From PVC group bacterium (GTDB taxonomy: Bacteria; Auribacterota; Erginobacteria; Erginobacterales; Erginobacteraceae), in the NCBI GenBank assembly GCA_040773245.1, contig JAXGWO010000011.1:9227-73226 (forward strand): a DNA stretch of 64,000 nucleotides, read 5' to 3'. Both the position numbers and the translations under genes were made by a program. The notes beneath the pieces are model-generated. The model made no database searches and was not told where the DNA came from. It worked only from the letters and a program-made list of their open reading frames with translations. Shown piece by piece: positions 27,772 to 35,933 of this stretch (its first letter is position 1; each line of letters begins with the position of its first letter).

Positions 27772-29024
27772 TGACGATGAAAGACGCCCCCGCCATACGC
27801 CTGTCTCCGGAGATCCTCCGGAGCTACGTCAAAGGTTTTCTCGCCCGGAAGGAGATTTACCTCCGGGCCGCCGAAGAACACGGGACCCCCCTTTACCTCT
27901 TCGAGCCGGAGATCCTAAAGCGCCGGGCGGCGGAGTTCACCGCCGCCTTCGCCGGAGCCCTTCCCGGGGTCCGGATCTTTTACGCCGTCAAGAGCAACAA
28001 CCACCCCGGTGTCGCCCGGGCCCTGGCCGGCGCGGGGCTGGGGCTCGACGTCTCCTCCGGGGAGGAACTGAAGCTGGCCCTGGAGGCGGGGGCGGAGGAG
28101 ATCGTCTTCAGCGGGCCGGGGAAGACCGGGGACGAACTTGTCCTGGCCTGCGCCCACCGGGACCGGGTTACGGTCCTCCTCGACAGCCCCGGGGAACTGG
28201 ACAAGCTCGACCGGATCGCCGCCGGCGGGGGGTCGGTGCGGGCCGGGATCCGCCTGACCAGCGACGAGCGGGCGCTCTGGGCCAAGTTCGGGATCCCTTT
28301 CTCCGGGCTGCCCGGCTTCTGGCGGCAGGCCGCCTCCCGAAAAAACATCCGCCTTCGCGGCTGCCAGTTCCACACCAGCTGGAACCTCGGCCCGGAAAAC
28401 CACGTCGCCTGCCTGGAGAAGCTCGGCCGGGTCCTGGAGAGGATGGAGGGACGCTTCCGGGAGGAGATTGAGTTCGTCGATATCGGGGGCGGGTTCTGGG
28501 TGGAGGACGGGGAGTTCCTCCACCGGCCCGACGGGGGACAGGTCAACCCCGACAACCGGGAACGCGACCCGCTGGAACATTTTCACCGTCCCGCCCTCCC
28601 CATCAAGGAGTTCGCGGTGGCGATCGGGGCGGCCTTCCGCTCGGAGGTTCTCACCCGGACTGAAGCCCGGCTCTGCCTGGAGCCGGGGCGCTGGATCTGC
28701 CACCCCGCCGTCCAGATCCTGCTCCAGGTCGAGGACAGGAAATCGCCCGACCTGGCGATTACCGACGGGGGGACCAATGCCGTCGGCTGGGAGCGCTACG
28801 AGACCGAGTACTTCCCGGTGATCAACCTCACCCGGCCTTCGCTTGAGGAGTTCCCCTGCCGGGTCCTCGGTTCGCTCTGCACCCCCCACGACGTCTGGGG
28901 GTACTCCTGCCACGGCGAAGATATCCGGCCCGGCGACATTTTGCTGGTCCCCAACCAGGGTGCCTACACCTACAGCCTCCGCCAGCAGTTCATCAAGCCC
29001 CTCCCCTGCGCCGTCTTCCGGTAG
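27771..29024 (+). CDS. PLP-dependent decarboxylase, fold III (Orn/DAP/Arg decarboxylase family)
   Basis: 'YAVKSNNHPGVARALA' contains the PLP-lysine motif. 'GLDVSSGEEL'. 'IGGGF' Gly-rich phosphate loop. Start at ATG 27771 overlaps the ATP-grasp stop (ATGA). The track's upstream extension is rejected. Confidence 0.85.
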   Translation: MTMKDAPAIRLSPEILRSYVKGFLARKEIYLRAAEEHGTPLYLFEPEILKRRAAEFTAAFAGALPGVRIFYAVKSNNHPGVARALAGAGLGLDVSSGEELKLALEAGAEEIVFSGPGKTGDELVLACAHRDRVTVLLDSPGELDKLDRIAAGGGSVRAGIRLTSDERALWAKFGIPFSGLPGFWRQAASRKNIRLRGCQFHTSWNLGPENHVACLEKLGRVLERMEGRFREEIEFVDIGGGFWVEDGEFLHRPDGGQVNPDNRERDPLEHFHRPALPIKEFAVAIGAAFRSEVLTRTEARLCLEPGRWICHPAVQILLQVEDRKSPDLAITDGGTNAVGWERYETEYFPVINLTRPSLEEFPCRVLGSLCTPHDVWGYSCHGEDIRPGDILLVPNQGAYTYSLRQQFIKPLPCAVFR

Positions 29025-29075
29025 CACGGACATTCCTGTCTGGGCGGCCCCGGAACACAGGTGGGAATGCCCGTG

Positions 29076-30077
29076 CTACAGCCGGGACTGCACCCGGGCG
29101 GCGAGGAAGAAGCCGTCGGCGATGTCCAGCCGGTTCTCCGTCCGGTCTTCGCTGTAACTCTTCCCCTCGAAAAAGAAGCGGTCGTAGGCGTAACCTCCGG
29201 CCAGGGACAGCTCGATCCCGGGAGAGACCTCGACGGTGATCCCCGCCTCCAGCCGTTGTTCGTACCAGAAGAGCCGGTGGTCTTTCTCTTCCCGGCCGGC
29301 CCGGTAGTAGCGGTCGTTCTCCCAGCGCCAGTCGGCGAAGACCTTCCAGCCGGATCCCAGCGAATACTCCGAGCCGAAGGAGACCGTGTGGATCGGGAAG
29401 TAGAACCCCCGCAGGCTCAGGCGGCCGGTCGGCTTCCAGTTGATGGAGAGGAGCGGGGCCCCGGCCAGGAGGCTGAAGTCCCGGGAGGGGGCGTAGAGGA
29501 AGGCGGCCCCCGGGATCGGGACGTGGGGGAGGAACTCCCGGTTGGAGGAGTAGTTGAGAAAGAAGATCCAGGCGTTCCGCTCCCCGGAAGGCACCCGGAG
29601 AAATCCGTTGAAGAGGACCGCCGTCTCGTCCCAGCCGGCGAACGGACGGTCGGAAGGGGAGGCGAGGGAGAGCTGGCCGCCGGCGATCCAACCGTTTTCC
29701 AGTCTCCGCCGGTGGACCGCCCCGAAGTTCAGGTCCCAGAGTTCGCCGGGAAAACTCTCCCCGGTCTGCGGGAGGGCCGCCCCGGTCCGGATCGAGCGGA
29801 GCCCGGCCCGGATGGTGGCCGCCCACTCCCGATCCGGTCCTGAATCGAGGGGGAGGGAGATCGAGACTTCCCCCCGGGCATCCTCGAACCCGTTTTCCTG
29901 TTCCCGGACTTCCTCCCGGGGATAGTACTCTCCCGCGGCCGCGACCGAGATTGTCCGCCCGCCGCGCAGCGGCTGAAACCAGCGGGAGAAACCATCCTGC
30001 CCGGCGGCGTTTCCGGCCGCCGCGGCCGCCAGCAGCGATCCCGGGACCAGCCAGCCGATCTTCCCGATGGTAATCAT
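29076..30077 (-). CDS. hypothetical outer-membrane beta-barrel-like secreted protein
   Basis: Real start MITIGKIGWLVPGSLLAAAAAGNAAGQ (signal peptide) lies 333 codons from the stop. The start overlaps the hydrolase stop (ATGA). Amphipathic beta-strand-rich composition. The track ORF's upstream 300 codons overlap the hydrolase gene in another frame and are rejected. Confidence 0.5.
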   Translation of the reverse strand: MITIGKIGWLVPGSLLAAAAAGNAAGQDGFSRWFQPLRGGRTISVAAAGEYYPREEVREQENGFEDARGEVSISLPLDSGPDREWAATIRAGLRSIRTGAALPQTGESFPGELWDLNFGAVHRRRLENGWIAGGQLSLASPSDRPFAGWDETAVLFNGFLRVPSGERNAWIFFLNYSSNREFLPHVPIPGAAFLYAPSRDFSLLAGAPLLSINWKPTGRLSLRGFYFPIHTVSFGSEYSLGSGWKVFADWRWENDRYYRAGREEKDHRLFWYEQRLEAGITVEVSPGIELSLAGGYAYDRFFFEGKSYSEDRTENRLDIADGFFLAARVQSRL

Positions 30078-30862
30078 CCGGCGAATTCCGCGATCGTCTC
30101 CGCCAGGAGGTCCGGGAATTCGAACTGGGGGACGTGGCCGCCGGGTAACCGGACCCGGCGGGCCCCCGGGATCCCGTTCGCCAGACGTTCGGCCTCCTCC
30201 GGCGGGGCGAGGAGATCCTCTTCGGCGGAGACGACCAGAGCGGGGATCCCGATCCGGGAGGGCAGAATCGTCCCGTCGAACTCCTCCAGGGCCCGGTGCT
30301 GTCGTCTCAGGTCGCTCAGGGTGGAAGGATAGGGTTCCTCGAGGAAGAGTTTCTTCATCTTGTCCGCCCGGCCCGGGTCGGCCAGGAACTCCCGCCCGAA
30401 GAGCAGTTTCATCAACATTCCGATCCGGGAGTCGAGGTCCATTCCGGCCTCGGCCGAGCGGATGGTCCCCTCCAGCGCGGCCAGGGTCCGCCGGCCCCAG
30501 CGGGGGGCCGAGTTGACCAGGACCAGCCCCCGGGTCAGCCCGGGGTGGCGGGCGGCGAGAGCCAGGGCGATCGAGCCGCCCATCGAGTGGCCGGCCAGGG
30601 CGGGGCGGGAGAGGCCCAGGGCCCGGATCAGTTCCGCCGTCGAGTCGGCCATCCCCTCGATCGTCAGCTCCCCGCCGGAGTCCCGGGTTTGGCCGGCGGC
30701 GGGGTTGTCGAGGAGCAGGATCCGGAATCTCCCCGTCAGCCGGGGGGCGACCGCCCGCCAGGTCAGGTGGTCGGCGCCGAACCCGGAGATCAGGACCAGC
30801 CCCGGGCCCTCCCCGTGAAGTTCGTAGTAGTAAGATATGTCCCCGATTTGAGCTCTTCCCAT
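30074..30862 (-). CDS. alpha/beta-fold hydrolase
   Basis: 'LAGHSMGGSIAL' nucleophile elbow (GxSxG). 262 aa, typical of the fold. Confidence 0.85.
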   Translation of the reverse strand: MGRAQIGDISYYYELHGEGPGLVLISGFGADHLTWRAVAPRLTGRFRILLLDNPAAGQTRDSGGELTIEGMADSTAELIRALGLSRPALAGHSMGGSIALALAARHPGLTRGLVLVNSAPRWGRRTLAALEGTIRSAEAGMDLDSRIGMLMKLLFGREFLADPGRADKMKKLFLEEPYPSTLSDLRRQHRALEEFDGTILPSRIGIPALVVSAEEDLLAPPEEAERLANGIPGARRVRLPGGHVPQFEFPDLLAETIAEFAG

Positions 30863-31198
30863 AACCGGTACCCCCGGAAAATTTTCGACAGGATAACAGG
30901 ATCGGCGGGATTAAGGGAAATCCATTTGCCCGGGAATATGCTTGTCCGAAAGGCGGGGTGATGGTAAAAAGAACCATAGTCTCTCCGACTCCGTTCCGCT
31001 AAACCCGCAAGGGCACGCGGCCGGAGCGACAGGGTGCGGCGGGAAACGGCCGCGCCTCCCGCAGTTGGAAAGGAGAAGACGGGGATCGCGGCAAGTATCT
31101 CCCTGTCCGGCTCCTCCCCGCGGGGAGGGGCCGGATTTCTTTGTCGGGGACGCGGGGCGGGCGGCCGCAACAACATTTTCTGAGAGGAGGCAACGGTT

Positions 31199-31870
31199 AT
31201 GCGCAAGATTTTGCTGGCAGCCGGTGTCCTGCTGACCATCCTGGCCATCCTGCCGGCGGCGAAGGCCGGCGACGACTGGGAGTGGTGGTTCACCACGCCG
31301 GTCAGCTACAAGCTGGACCAGGATGTCAAGGTGGACGCCGAGGGGCTCTTCCGCTGGAAGAACGATATGAAGGATATCTACTACCGTTCAGGGATCGCCG
31401 GCGGTTCCTACTCGCTCTGCCCCTGGGTCTCGGTGGGGGCGCACTTCTGGTACAAGGAAGTCCGGAAGGCCAAGGGTTCCCCCTGGGTCTACACCGACAC
31501 CTACGTCGGGAACCTCGACTTTCAGCACCAAGCCGCCGCTTGGCTGGTCCTCAAGGAGAACAACCGGATCGAGTACGACAACGAAATTTACAAATGGACG
31601 CTCCGGGTCAAGCCCCGGCTCGACTTCCCCCTGGCCTGGCTGGGGCTGAAGCCGGTGACGCTCTTCCTGGAAGACGAACTGTTCTTCAAGTTCGAGACCC
31701 CGGGTCAGGACACCTTCTCCGAGAACCGGGTCACGGCGGGCGCCACCGCCAAGGTCCTGGGGCCGTTCGGGGTTACGGTCGCCTACCGCAACGTCGGGAA
31801 GAAGGCCGCCTACGACCAGGAATGGTCCTACACCAACGTCCTGGTCACCTCGGCCCGGCTGTCGTTTTAG
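31199..31870 (+). CDS. outer-membrane beta-barrel protein (DUF2490-like), first gene of the tungstate-uptake operon
   Basis: Signal peptide MRKILLAAGVLLTILAILPAAKA. Alternating aromatic beta-strands. C-terminal '...LVTSARLSF' ends in Phe like OMP barrels. tupA follows 60 nt downstream. Confidence 0.55.
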   Translation: MRKILLAAGVLLTILAILPAAKAGDDWEWWFTTPVSYKLDQDVKVDAEGLFRWKNDMKDIYYRSGIAGGSYSLCPWVSVGAHFWYKEVRKAKGSPWVYTDTYVGNLDFQHQAAAWLVLKENNRIEYDNEIYKWTLRVKPRLDFPLAWLGLKPVTLFLEDELFFKFETPGQDTFSENRVTAGATAKVLGPFGVTVAYRNVGKKAAYDQEWSYTNVLVTSARLSF

Positions 31871-31930
31871 GCCGCCCCGCCGTCTCCGGCGGCCACGGAC
31901 ATCCCAGGCGCTAAGAAAGGAGGAGGCCTT

Positions 31931-32803
31931 ATGAAAAGACTCACAGCTCTTGCGCTCGTCTTCTGCGCCTTGCTCGCCCTCGGCTTCACGGCCGAGGCCT
32001 CGGGGCGGCTGAAATTGGCCACCACCACCAGCACCGAGAACTCCGGGCTGCTCGGAGTGATCCTTCCCCCCTTCGAGCAGGAGACCGGGTTGAAGGTGGA
32101 CGTGATCTCGGTGGGGACGGGGGCGGCGCTCAAGCTCGGCGAGAACGGCGACGCCGACCTGGTCCTGGTCCACGCCCCGGCCCTCGAGGAGGCCTTCGTC
32201 GCGGCCGGCTTCGGGGTCAACCGGCGGGACGTAATGTACAATGACTTCATCATCCTCGGCCCGAAATCCGACCCGGCGGGTGTCCGCGGGGAGAAGGACG
32301 CCGCGGCCGCCCTGGCCAAAATCGCAAAAAAGTCAGCCCCCTTCATCTCCCGGGGCGACAACTCCGGGACTCACGTCAAGGAGCAGGAGCTCTGGCGGGA
32401 TTCGGGGATCCCCCTGGCCGGGGTGAAGAAGCTCCTCAAGGAGCAGGAGATCGACTACCAGTCCCCACAGGGGGAGTGGTACCTCTCGATCGGGCAGGGG
32501 ATGTCGGCGACCCTGCTGATGGCCGACGAGAAGGAAGGCTACTGCCTGGCCGACCGGGGGACCTACCTGGCCTTCCGGGAGAAACTCGGCCTCGAGGTCC
32601 TGGTCGAGGGCGACCCCCGGCTCTTCAACCCCTACGGGGTGATCGCGGTCAACCCCGAGCGCTACCCGGGGGTCGACTACCGGGGGGCGATGGCCCTGAT
32701 CGCCTGGCTGACCTCGGTCGAGGGGCAGAAGATGATCGCCGAGTTCAAAATCGGCGGCCAGCCGCTCTTTATCCCCACGGCGGTGAAACCCCGACAGCCT
32801 TGA
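31931..32803 (+). CDS. tupA: tungstate ABC transporter substrate-binding protein
   Basis: Signal peptide plus the 'KLATTTSTENSGLL' TTTS motif characteristic of TupA. Confidence 0.8.
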   Translation: MKRLTALALVFCALLALGFTAEASGRLKLATTTSTENSGLLGVILPPFEQETGLKVDVISVGTGAALKLGENGDADLVLVHAPALEEAFVAAGFGVNRRDVMYNDFIILGPKSDPAGVRGEKDAAAALAKIAKKSAPFISRGDNSGTHVKEQELWRDSGIPLAGVKKLLKEQEIDYQSPQGEWYLSIGQGMSATLLMADEKEGYCLADRGTYLAFREKLGLEVLVEGDPRLFNPYGVIAVNPERYPGVDYRGAMALIAWLTSVEGQKMIAEFKIGGQPLFIPTAVKPRQP

Positions 32804-32805
32804 TC

Positions 32806-32892
32806 CTCGTACTTCGTACTCGTACTCGTCCGCGTACTCGATAGCCCCTGTAAGCCCGAGTACGAGGACGAGTACGATGTACGAGTACGAGT
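32806..32892. repeat. inverted tandem array of TCGTAC/GTACGA hexamers forming a long imperfect hairpin (REP-like intergenic element, copy 1)
   Basis: Left arm ctcgtacttcgtactcgtactcgtccgcgtactcg, right arm cgagtacgaggacgagtacgatgtacgagtacgag. Shares the 21-mer CGAGTACGAGGACGAGTACGA with the element at 46635..46689. Confidence 0.5.
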
Positions 32893-32904
32893 TAACGAAA
32901 TGAG

Positions 32905-33597
32905 ATGGATTTTCTGATCCAGGGGCTGGTCGGAGCCGGCAGATTGCTGATCGGGTTGAATCCCGAGCTGCTCCGGATCGTCGGGGTCTCGCTGAAAGTC
33001 TCGCTGACCGCGCTTCTCTTCGCCGCCCTGATCGGGGTCCCGCTCGGACTGTTTCTGGCCCTGGGGTCGTTTCCCGGGAAGCGGTTGGCGGTCACGGCGG
33101 TCAATACCCTGATGGGGCTCCCCACCGTGGTGGTGGGGCTGCTCGGCTATTCCTTCCTCTCCCGGCGAGGGCTGCTCGGCGACTTCCGGCTCCTCTACAC
33201 CCCGGCCGCGATGATGATCGGGCAGTTCGTCCTCGCCCTTCCGATCGTCGCCGCCCTCGCCCTGGCCGCGGTCTCGGGGGTGAGCCGACAAGCCACCCGG
33301 GCCGCCCGGGCGCTCGGAGCTTCCACCTTCCAGAAGAACCGGATGATCTTGGGCGAGGCCCGGTTCGCCCTCCTGGCGGCGGTGGTCGCCGGTTTCGGGA
33401 GGATCTTCGCCGAGATCGGGGTCTCGACGATGCTGGGGGGCAATATCCAGGGCTACACCCGGAATATCCCGACGGCGATCGCCTTCGAGACCGGGAAGGG
33501 GGAGTTCGCCCTGGGGCTGGCGCTGGGCCTGGTCCTGCTGGCGATCGCCCTGGGGATCAACCTCGTCCTCCAGTTCTGGCAGGGGAGGGGGGAATGA
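32905..33597 (+). CDS. tupB: tungstate ABC transporter permease
   Basis: 230 aa, 5-6 TM, ABC-permease EAA-like region. Position between tupA and tupC. Confidence 0.8.
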   Translation: MDFLIQGLVGAGRLLIGLNPELLRIVGVSLKVSLTALLFAALIGVPLGLFLALGSFPGKRLAVTAVNTLMGLPTVVVGLLGYSFLSRRGLLGDFRLLYTPAAMMIGQFVLALPIVAALALAAVSGVSRQATRAARALGASTFQKNRMILGEARFALLAAVVAGFGRIFAEIGVSTMLGGNIQGYTRNIPTAIAFETGKGEFALGLALGLVLLAIALGINLVLQFWQGRGE

Positions 33598-34616
33598 ACG
33601 AGGCGGGCCCGCTGATCTCCCTGACCGGCCTCGAACTGCGCTACCCCGCCGGTTTCGTCCTGAGGGCGGAGAGTTTCGTTCTCCGCCCCGGCGAGATCCT
33701 GGCGCTGACCGGGCCCAACGGCTCCGGGAAGACCACGCTGCTGAGCGTGCTCGGCCTTCTGCTCTTCCCCGCCCGGGGCGAGTATGGCTGGCGGGGGCGG
33801 CCGCTCGCCCGTTCCGGTTCCGGACTGACCCGTGTCCGCCGGAAGATAACGCTGGTCGAGCAGAACCCCTACTTCTTCCGGGGGACGGTCGGGGAGAATA
33901 TCGCGGCCGGTCTCAGACTCCGCCGCCGCCCGCGGCGGGAGATCAATGAACTGGTGAAGCGGGCGGCCGAAGCGCTGGGGATCTCCGCCCTCCTGGACCG
34001 CGCTCCGGCCGGCCTCTCCGGCGGGGAGAGGCAGAAGGCCGCCCTGGCCCGGGGGCTGGTCCTGGAGCCCGAGGTCCTGCTCCTCGACGAGCCGACCGCC
34101 AGCGTCGACCGGCCGGCCCTGGAGGCGATCGAGGCGGTGGTGAAGGGCTTCCACCGGGAGCGGTCGGCGGCCGTGGTCTGGGCCACCCACAATCTCCAGC
34201 AGGCCTTCCGGGTCGGGGATTCGGTGATGAGCCTGGTGGACGGGAGGCTTGTGGCGGGGACGCTGGAGAACTTCTTCCCCGGCCGGGTCGAGCGGACCGG
34301 GGGAGAGACGGTGTTCCGGTTCGGTCCGGGGCTGGCGGCGGTGGTCGCCGGGTCGGCCGAGGCCGGCCCCGGGCGGCTCCTGATCCCGCCCGAGGAGATC
34401 GTCCTCTCCCGGGGGCCGCTGAAATCGAGTCTCCGCAACTCCTTCCCCGGCCGGGTCACCGGGATCGCGGAGCGGGGAGGGACGCTCGCGGTCGAGGCGG
34501 ACATTGGGGTAAAGGTGACCGCGGTCATCACCCCGGTTTCTCTGCAAAAACTCGGCCTCTCCATCGGGTCTGAGGTCACGGTCAGCTTCAAGGCGGCCGG
34601 GGCCGCCATCCATTGA
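33594..34616 (+). CDS. tupC: tungstate ABC transporter ATP-binding protein with C-terminal TOBE domain
   Basis: Walker A 'GPNGSGKTT'. ABC signature 'LSGGERQKAALARGL'. Walker B 'LLLDEP'. ~100-aa C-terminal oxyanion-binding TOBE-like extension. Confidence 0.8.
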   Translation: MNEAGPLISLTGLELRYPAGFVLRAESFVLRPGEILALTGPNGSGKTTLLSVLGLLLFPARGEYGWRGRPLARSGSGLTRVRRKITLVEQNPYFFRGTVGENIAAGLRLRRRPRREINELVKRAAEALGISALLDRAPAGLSGGERQKAALARGLVLEPEVLLLDEPTASVDRPALEAIEAVVKGFHRERSAAVVWATHNLQQAFRVGDSVMSLVDGRLVAGTLENFFPGRVERTGGETVFRFGPGLAAVVAGSAEAGPGRLLIPPEEIVLSRGPLKSSLRNSFPGRVTGIAERGGTLAVEADIGVKVTAVITPVSLQKLGLSIGSEVTVSFKAAGAAIH

Positions 34617-34739
34617 GCCCATCCGGGTAGGCGAATTTTTTATTGACTGAAGACCGGGAGCGGGTTACAAATACCGATTAAGCTACGGTGTTTACTGCCG
34701 CCCCATCAAGGGCAACCCCAACCGAAAGGAGGTTATCGT

Positions 34740-35900
34740 ATGGCCAAGGATGCCGAAGGTTCCGTCCTGACCCGCCGTCTGCTGGAGCTGACCTGGAAAC
34801 CGGGGAAGATCGTTCTCCAGACCGAGATGCTGATCATCGCCTACTTCGTCCTCCTGCTCGCTCTCTGGATCGCCCCGAATACCCTGGGGGCCGGCCGCAC
34901 GGTGATCATCTTCCTGGGAAGGGTCGTCGCCTACTTCATAGTCCTGCTGGGGATGACCGCGGTGGCGAAGATGACCCTGGCCGAACTGAGGGGAAAGGAC
35001 CCGGAGCCCGCCAAGGCGGCTTTCTCCGCCGCGCTGGGCAAGATCAAGGACGTGGTCGCCTCCCCGATCAAGATCTTCGCCCTCCTGGCCGGTCTGGCCG
35101 TCTTTCACGCCGTGATCGACCTCTTCGGGAAGATCCCCTTCGTCGGTGAACTGGCCTGGATGTTCTCGCCCTTCTTCACCTTCCCCCTGGGGATCGCGAT
35201 GGTGGCCACCATCCTGGTCCTGGGCTTCGGGGCGATGCTCCTGCCCACGATCATCGTCCTGGGCAAGGAAGGCCCGGTCAGCGAGCTGATCGACTTCCTG
35301 CGGCGGAACACCATCAAGTTCGCCGGTCATTTCCTGGTCGCCCTGATGGTGGCCGTCATTACCTTCATCATCCTCCTCGGGGCGCTGCAGGCGAGCCGGG
35401 ACATCTCCCAGACCATTATGGGGGACAAGTACGCCTATATCCAGAGACACCGCCCAAACTGGCTTCAATATGTGCCCGGATACGAAGTTCCGGCGGTTGT
35501 CCGGATGGCGGGCTACTCGTCGGAGATGATGAACCGGTTGTCCGCGCTGCCCCCGGCCGAGCTGTCCAGGGAGACGCTCGCGGAGATATTCCCCGGCCAG
35601 CCGGTCTGGGGGCCGAAGGCCGACCGCTGGACACTGGTCGTGGCCGGTTTTGTCTTCGGAGTCTTGATGTGGCTGATCCAGATGTCGATCTGGGGATTCA
35701 TCGTGGTCAACTTCGGCGTGGCCGGGACCCTTTCCTACGTCGGCCTGACCGGGGAGAGCGGGGAGGAGGAGTCGGCCGCGCCCGCCCCGGAGGAGGAAGA
35801 GAAGAAACCGGCGCCCGCCGCGAAACCGAAGAAGGCCGCCCCGAAAAAGTCCGCCCCGGCGGAGAAGGAAGAGAAGCCGGCCGAAGAAGAAAAGAAGTAG
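34740..35900 (+). CDS. hypothetical polytopic membrane protein with Lys/Glu/Pro/Ala-rich C-terminal tail
   Basis: AAAGGAGG sits 7 nt upstream of ATG. ~8 TM helices. Low-complexity tail 'EEEKKPAPAAKPKKAAPKKSAPAEKEEKPAEEEKK'. Confidence 0.55.
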   Translation: MAKDAEGSVLTRRLLELTWKPGKIVLQTEMLIIAYFVLLLALWIAPNTLGAGRTVIIFLGRVVAYFIVLLGMTAVAKMTLAELRGKDPEPAKAAFSAALGKIKDVVASPIKIFALLAGLAVFHAVIDLFGKIPFVGELAWMFSPFFTFPLGIAMVATILVLGFGAMLLPTIIVLGKEGPVSELIDFLRRNTIKFAGHFLVALMVAVITFIILLGALQASRDISQTIMGDKYAYIQRHRPNWLQYVPGYEVPAVVRMAGYSSEMMNRLSALPPAELSRETLAEIFPGQPVWGPKADRWTLVVAGFVFGVLMWLIQMSIWGFIVVNFGVAGTLSYVGLTGESGEEESAAPAPEEEEKKPAPAAKPKKAAPKKSAPAEKEEKPAEEEKK

Positions 35901-35933
35901 TTCCGGCGGTTTAAACTGCCGCCCCCGGCCGGG

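Noticed and set aside
24403-29033. ORFs 24403..25182(-), 24858..26540(-), 26371..27690(-), 27915..29033(-), 25157..25630(+), 26751..27353(+)
   Set aside because: Antisense or off-frame to the TetR gene and the four-gene biosynthetic operon. No family signatures. Low-complexity translations.
30078-30977. Upstream 300 codons of track ORF 29076..30977
   Set aside because: Overlap the alpha/beta hydrolase gene (GHSMGG motif) in a different frame. The real start (signal peptide, ATGA overlap) is 333 codons from the stop.
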